A stretch of 64,000 nucleotides of DNA, taken from Podarcis vaucheri. Its lineage: Eukaryota. The translations under genes were made by a program, and so were the position numbers. Of this stretch, positions 44,894 through 64,000 are shown piece by piece. How positions within the stretch are numbered: the stretch's first letter is position 1; each line of letters starts with the position of its first letter. The DNA is taken from NCBI GenBank assembly GCA_965113315.1, contig OZ220364.1. One strand, written 5' to 3'. Under the pieces are notes generated by a model. The model was not told the origin of the DNA, did no database searches, and was given only the letters and a program-made list of their open reading frames with translations.

Positions 44894-46775
44894 CAAAAAC
44901 TTGCAGCAGTTTGCCTAATACTCATGAAATAGTAGGTTTATAACCAAATGTTTTGCCAATAATTCAGTTTAATTATTTCTAAATTAAGTGACCACAGCAC
45001 AAAAAGTAGAATGCTGCAGTTACATAAATTCTTTTGCTTTACCCAGCTTATAGTGGCTGTTATAAATCCAGCTAGTGTACAGCATTTTTTCATAATCTTT
45101 TAATATGTATTATCCAGATTGACACTGTGACAGCTCTACTGTGTGGGTTAACATGATACTTGGTACAGATTTCTCATATTTGGTCTTCAGATAAACAGTT
45201 TTCAAAAACTGACTAAATATAAGCCATTCCAAGCCATTTCAGTCCATCATGAAAATACAGATTCTTCTCAAAATGAAAAAATATATATAAATAATGGTAT
45301 TGCCAAAAAAGGGCAAATCAAAGGTTCAAGCCAGTCTTTACCTTTAACTCACCTTAATATGAAGGGACAAGACAGCATGTGAATGAAAGACAAAAAACAG
45401 TCTTAGCTTTTAGTTCAGTTCTGAAATGTAAGGTGGATTCTACAATCACAACTCTGAGAAGTATCCTTTAAAATGTTCAACTGCAGAACACACACTTTAA
45501 AAAAAACCACATTTATTATAGTATGGTAGCCACTGTTAGAAAACCTCAACAGCTACTCTTAATGCAGACCCCAGAAGGTCTGTGCAGGACATCAAAAGTT
45601 AAAGATAAACTCATCAGATTAATTTCTACTGGTGGGCGCTTATGCTGAAAAATATTGGATATACCTCTGACAAGTTTTTTTTCTCTTTTTAAAAGGACTT
45701 GTGATAAAGAATTTTCTCTTTTCTAAATGAAGAACAGTCTGCCATTTTAAACATACACAATATTAAGCGAGACTCTTGTTTTACTTTAGACTGGAAAAAT
45801 AAGCCAGGGACAATCAAAGTCAACACAAAGTAACAAACAGCAAAAGGTAGCAAGAAAGAGAAACAGATAAGTGCAGCTCTGGTCAAATTCATCGTAGCAG
45901 TTCTTTAACGTCAGTTAACGGCTCATTTACACTGTATTTCTAATCAGTAACATGCAAGCCCAAAGAAGCATTTGATCACTACACAAGGTAATAAAATCTG
46001 ATTAAATTTTATCAGGCAACTGCTAAAATATGAAAATTTGCAGATGTAACAAAGTAGCTTTATCTGAACTTTAACAGGACAAAATTAAATCATTCCATTG
46101 GTTAAAAAACCCTACATTCAGTTTTACCAAACAAAATTTCACATGAAAAGTACTGTGTGATTCCAAAGTTTCTGGAGTAGAAATGGAGTGATTTGAAATG
46201 TCAAAGACCCCATTATTTTGAAAATAAAATGAAAGTACACATCAAAAATTTCTAATTCCACATGTGAACAACAAAATACTGCATATCTACCAACAACTGC
46301 ATTGGGTAGGTCATTATGAAAGGCTAGCTGCCAAGATGTAGGAAATGGCTCCTTGCCTCTGTTCCCTTTGAGGAATATACAATCGTTTGAAATCCAGTCA
46401 CATGAAGTACTTATCATGCTGTGATATACTGAGATACTCAATCCTTAAAGTAATCAATCCAATAGAGCTTTTTAAAGTTGCAGACTTCCAACTTTTGTAT
46501 CTCTCCTTATCTATAAAGAGTCACTTCAGAACGGCAAGGAGGAGTGGGGGGAAAGGGGTCACAGCCTCTGGAACAAGATGTTGGACAGTTTGGTTTCGAT
46601 TTTTAAATTAAGGAGTTCTAAGGCCACCTGTGTTTTTTTTTCTCAGTGCTGAAAGTTGAAGTCACAGGGCCCCTTTCCCCACCATGTGAGAACATGTTCA
46701 ATAGTTTAGGTGTTTCAATGTCTCCTTTTGGCACCACGGAGCATCATTCTAAAAAGAAATATTCCTCTTAAGTTC

Positions 46776-60359
<13,584 letters not shown>

Positions 60360-61489
60360 TTACTCTAATAAAATGTTAATTGTAAAGTGTTATTTCAGGT
60401 TACAAAATGAGCAATTACTATTTGCAGTTTTTAAAAAGTCTTAACACAGAGAACTGAACACACATATAAAGACCAAAACTAGCATTCACAGAAATAGCAT
60501 AGTATCATGAAAAGCTAGGTTTGAATCAAAAGCCTTAGTCCTACACACTGACCTAAAATTGGTTAGGAAACGATCCATACTTCATAAAAGGGCATACATT
60601 AAAAACCTCAAGAACTCTTCTTTTTCTTTCTTTTTTTAGGTTGCTGTCCTTTTCTCTAGTTTCTGGAGAAAATTTCAAAATGCAGTACATAGCGTCTTGG
60701 GGTGTGTATGTTATATTCTGGGTGGAGGGGTAGTGTGTAAAACTGAAATCACATCTAGTCAGAACAACTCCCTAGAACCACTTCTACATGAAAAATCTTA
60801 CCTGCCGGAGCCAGTGTAAGATCTCACAGGGTCACGTGAGATATTACAAAAGCATCCATAGCCCACACAAGAGTTTCCCAGAGTCTAAGGTTGAGAAATT
60901 AAAAGCTTTTTCCATGCAGGAAAATTCAGCAAGCAAACAGCTTTTAAACTCTCCGCCTCACATGCATTTAATTTGTGTGATATCAGCTGGCCAGCTGCCA
61001 AGCGCATAGAACTGTGATTGTGCAAGTTAAATGTGTGCAAGTTGTGATCCTACAGTATGGCAGGGTTCCAACCAACTTGTTCAGCTGAGATAACTCTGAC
61101 AACCAGGGGCTGCTTCAAACAGTTGAATGTCATGGGGTGGAGGAAGAAATAACCGTATAGAAATGCTGTGTTCTTTATTCCTGATACATTTTGAAATCTG
61201 CTCTTTCAGGGACATAGGCCTAGTTTGTTAAAGCTATAATTAATTGTTATCCACATTAGTCAATAATATAAATACATACACATTCACACAAAATAGCTTT
61301 CTTATCTGAATATTTCAAAGGATATCTCCAATATATATTACACAGTTACAAAGGTACAGAAATCAGAAACCAAAACAATCCAGTGATTGGAACACCTACG
61401 AAGGTAACAAATAATGAAAAGCATACCCCACCCCACCCAAAAATCTCCTTCTCATAGTACTAGAACTCTGGGTTACTCAGTGAATCACG

Positions 61490-61965
61490 GTAGGTTCAAG
61501 ATGGATGACAGTGCTTTTCACAGTGCTTAAGTACGGCAATGGTAATACTGTGTCAGATGGCTTTAAAAGGGAATTAAGACAAAATCGTGGAAGTGAAGTC
61601 TATAAAAAGATATTAGCTATATTTTCCTAGTGCTGCAACAATAAAGCTGCTAGCACATTTGCAAAACCAGCAGGGTTGTGAATGGTTTCAAATGGGATGG
61701 GGGACCATGTGTTGAGATTCCTGCATTGCAGGGGGTTGGGCTAGATGACCCTCAGGGTCACTTCCAACTCTACAATTCTATGATTCTATGACAAGCAAAC
61801 GGACTCAGGTTCAGAGGCACTATACCAGATGTTGAGGACAGGCAGCAGGGAAGGGTAGCCCTAACTGAAGCCCTAACTGTGAGCTTCCTAGAAACATCTG
61901 GCCTCTGGAAGCAGAATGCTGGACTAGATGGAGAGTTGGAGTGATTCAACAGAGTTCTTATTTAG
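61490..61965 (+). mobile_element. CR1 3' fragments, with a second CR1-type 3' end nested at about 61700-61791
   Basis: gatggctttaaaagggaattaagacaaa; (ATTCTATG)2 tail at 61775-61790; atgctggactagatgg...gttctta. Confidence 0.65.
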
Positions 61966-63364
61966 GCTAAAAATAAGATGGACAACCAACTCCTCCATAG
62001 ACTGGACCAAATTTCCTCCCTACACTATATGTATTTATTTTTACAAGCATTGACACCCCACAAGTTTAGCTTATACCAATTTTTCAATAAAAATAATTTC
62101 AGGCCAACAGCAACTAACACCAATTGAAGCCACTTCTGGAAAACATACTTCACTTGCAATTACAAATCCTACCATACTTTGCAACATTAAACCATATAAA
62201 ATTTAAACCTCCAAGGCTACCAAAGAAAAGAGCTCTAAAGAAACCAAACACAGCATCCTTGCACAGACTGAAAGGAACCCTGAAAGAAATCTGCCTGCAG
62301 GCAGTAGTTACTGTAGAAACCAAGCTCTTCATCGTTTTCCTCCAAGCAGAAGACACAAAAGAGCTGGAAAGCAGGGATCGATGGGAAGCAGCTTATAAAG
62401 CTGCTTGTCACATCAGCTGCAGGAAAACCAGACACTAATTCATTAAAACTACCCATGTAATGCCTCTGGAATTTGAGGCTCCATCGTCTGCGAGTACAAA
62501 AGAAACTCTGCCTATGGAAATGCTGCACTTTTAAGTATTTGGCATCTTTCAACACAAAAGCTAAACACGGGCTGGTTGTGTGGTCTCTAAATTTCATCTT
62601 CAACCTTAAGAACATGAATGAATATAATTTGTCTGGAAGAAGACTGCATGTCTACACTTGCTTCAGATTTATAAATGGCTGTTTCAGCATCTTAAACAAC
62701 TTACGCCACTTTGAAGTAATAGCACAGTTGCTTCAAAATCAAGCCAACTTTTCCCCTTTCAGTTTATTATTATTTCCTGCTGTTAAATTAATTCATATTG
62801 TAAGCAGAAAAGGATTTTCTATTCTATAACCACTGTAAGTATCTATGTTTCCATGTGAGAAGGTCAACAAACAAAAAGCTGTGCCCTTCTATTAGACACT
62901 TACCTAACTTTTCATTCATATGCAAGCAGGTAGGTGTCTCTTTGGTGTAGTAACATTTAGCCCACATCACACCATTCAACAGCATACATCTCAAGCAGCC
63001 ACTTGTAAGTTTTGACTAAATTTCTGGATAAACACTTTTTTCTGTCAGAAAAGTTCTCATAATACCAAAAAGAAGACAACAAGCCAGATGTTTTTAGGAG
63101 TATGAAGGGTGCATATAACTTGGCAGCTTCACCTGAACACAAAATTAAGGCTATATACTGAGATAATGTGGCTGTGTTTACTGTGATTTGGAGAGTACAT
63201 TATTTATATCCCACCTTTTTCCATGCATGACATACATACAAAGCAGTCATTATTCAAAAAGTCATCTAAGAGAAGATTTTTTTCCTTTTGGTATCTGTAT
63301 TTTATCTTTTAAAAAAATAGTGATCAGCCACTATTTCTTGCCAAAGGCATCTCAAAGCAACATA

Positions 63365-63393
63365 CAACCAACCAACCAACCAACCAACCAACC
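63365..63393 (+). repeat. (CAAC)n microsatellite
   Basis: Direct reading. Confidence 0.9.
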
Positions 63394-64000
63394 ACCCATA
63401 CAGATACGTTAAAATGAAGAAGAAGGAAATACTATTATATACTACCCTAATTTTCAAGCAGTGAGAGATTCCAGGCAGGGGTTCCATGCACTTACCCAAG
63501 GCTTGGTTTCCTGGAAATAAGAGACAGCAGAGACTGTGGTGTCTTTAGGGTATTTGGTTTATTTACACATATATGCAACCTGAACATAAGCTGGAGAGGC
63601 TTACAGCATTAAGAACACCCCAAAATGTATTGTTTCTCCCATAGTCACAGGCTTGGATTCTAGCAGAAATCAAGCATGTCTCTCTCCCAGCTTCTGCTGC
63701 TGCCAGGTTCTGCCCGTATTGGACGTAAATTGCTTTTATGTATCTGCTGGTGCTTTAAATTGTTTATATATATGCGGTTTTAATTGCTTTTATTATAAAA
63801 GTTTTATAATAAAAGTTTTATACATGTAACTGTTCTGGTGTGTTTTATACAAGCAATTGCTCCACATGTTTTTATTGTACAGTATTGTAAATTGCTTTGG
63901 GGTGTGTCATGGGAAGTGTTCACAAATGAAATAAAAAATAATTACAAAATAATGAACACATCAGATTTCAAATGGTCTCCCATCCAGGCACCAGCCAGAT

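Noticed and set aside
62124-62830. Overlapping 100-126 aa ORFs in FOXK2 intron 1 with a weak L1/Tx1-like GGL..FN.A hint
   Set aside because: Similarity too weak to support a call; not FOXK2 exon 1 (no FHA sequence, no CpG island).

Overview
Vertebrate genomic DNA, most likely from a squamate and probably a lacertid lizard (inferred from BovB, Sauria/Squam-type SINE, CR1/L2 and MITE content). It carries the FN3KRP(-) / RAB40B(+) / WDR45B(+) / FOXK2(-) block, in the same order as human 17q25.3. Hand-splicing at GT-AG sites gives complete CDSs for FN3KRP (6 exons, 309 aa), RAB40B (6 exons, 278 aa) and WDR45B/WIPI3 (10 exons, 344 aa), plus FOXK2 coding exons 2-9. FOXK2 exon 1 lies beyond the window end. 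There are three CpG-island promoters, and the introns and intergenic DNA are rich in MITEs, LINE fragments, SINEs and one solo LTR. No wholly new gene system is demonstrable. The best leads are: a Penelope-type minimal hammerhead ribozyme relic inside a nested TE composite abutting the WDR45B promoter; a MITE carrying intact CRE+NRF1+ETS motifs in RAB40B intron 1; candidate poison exons in WDR45B intron 7; candidate alternative C-termini in FOXK2 intron 8; uORF-rich leaders; and an unexplained intronic hairpin. Repeat family names and human comparisons come from recall, not from database searches.
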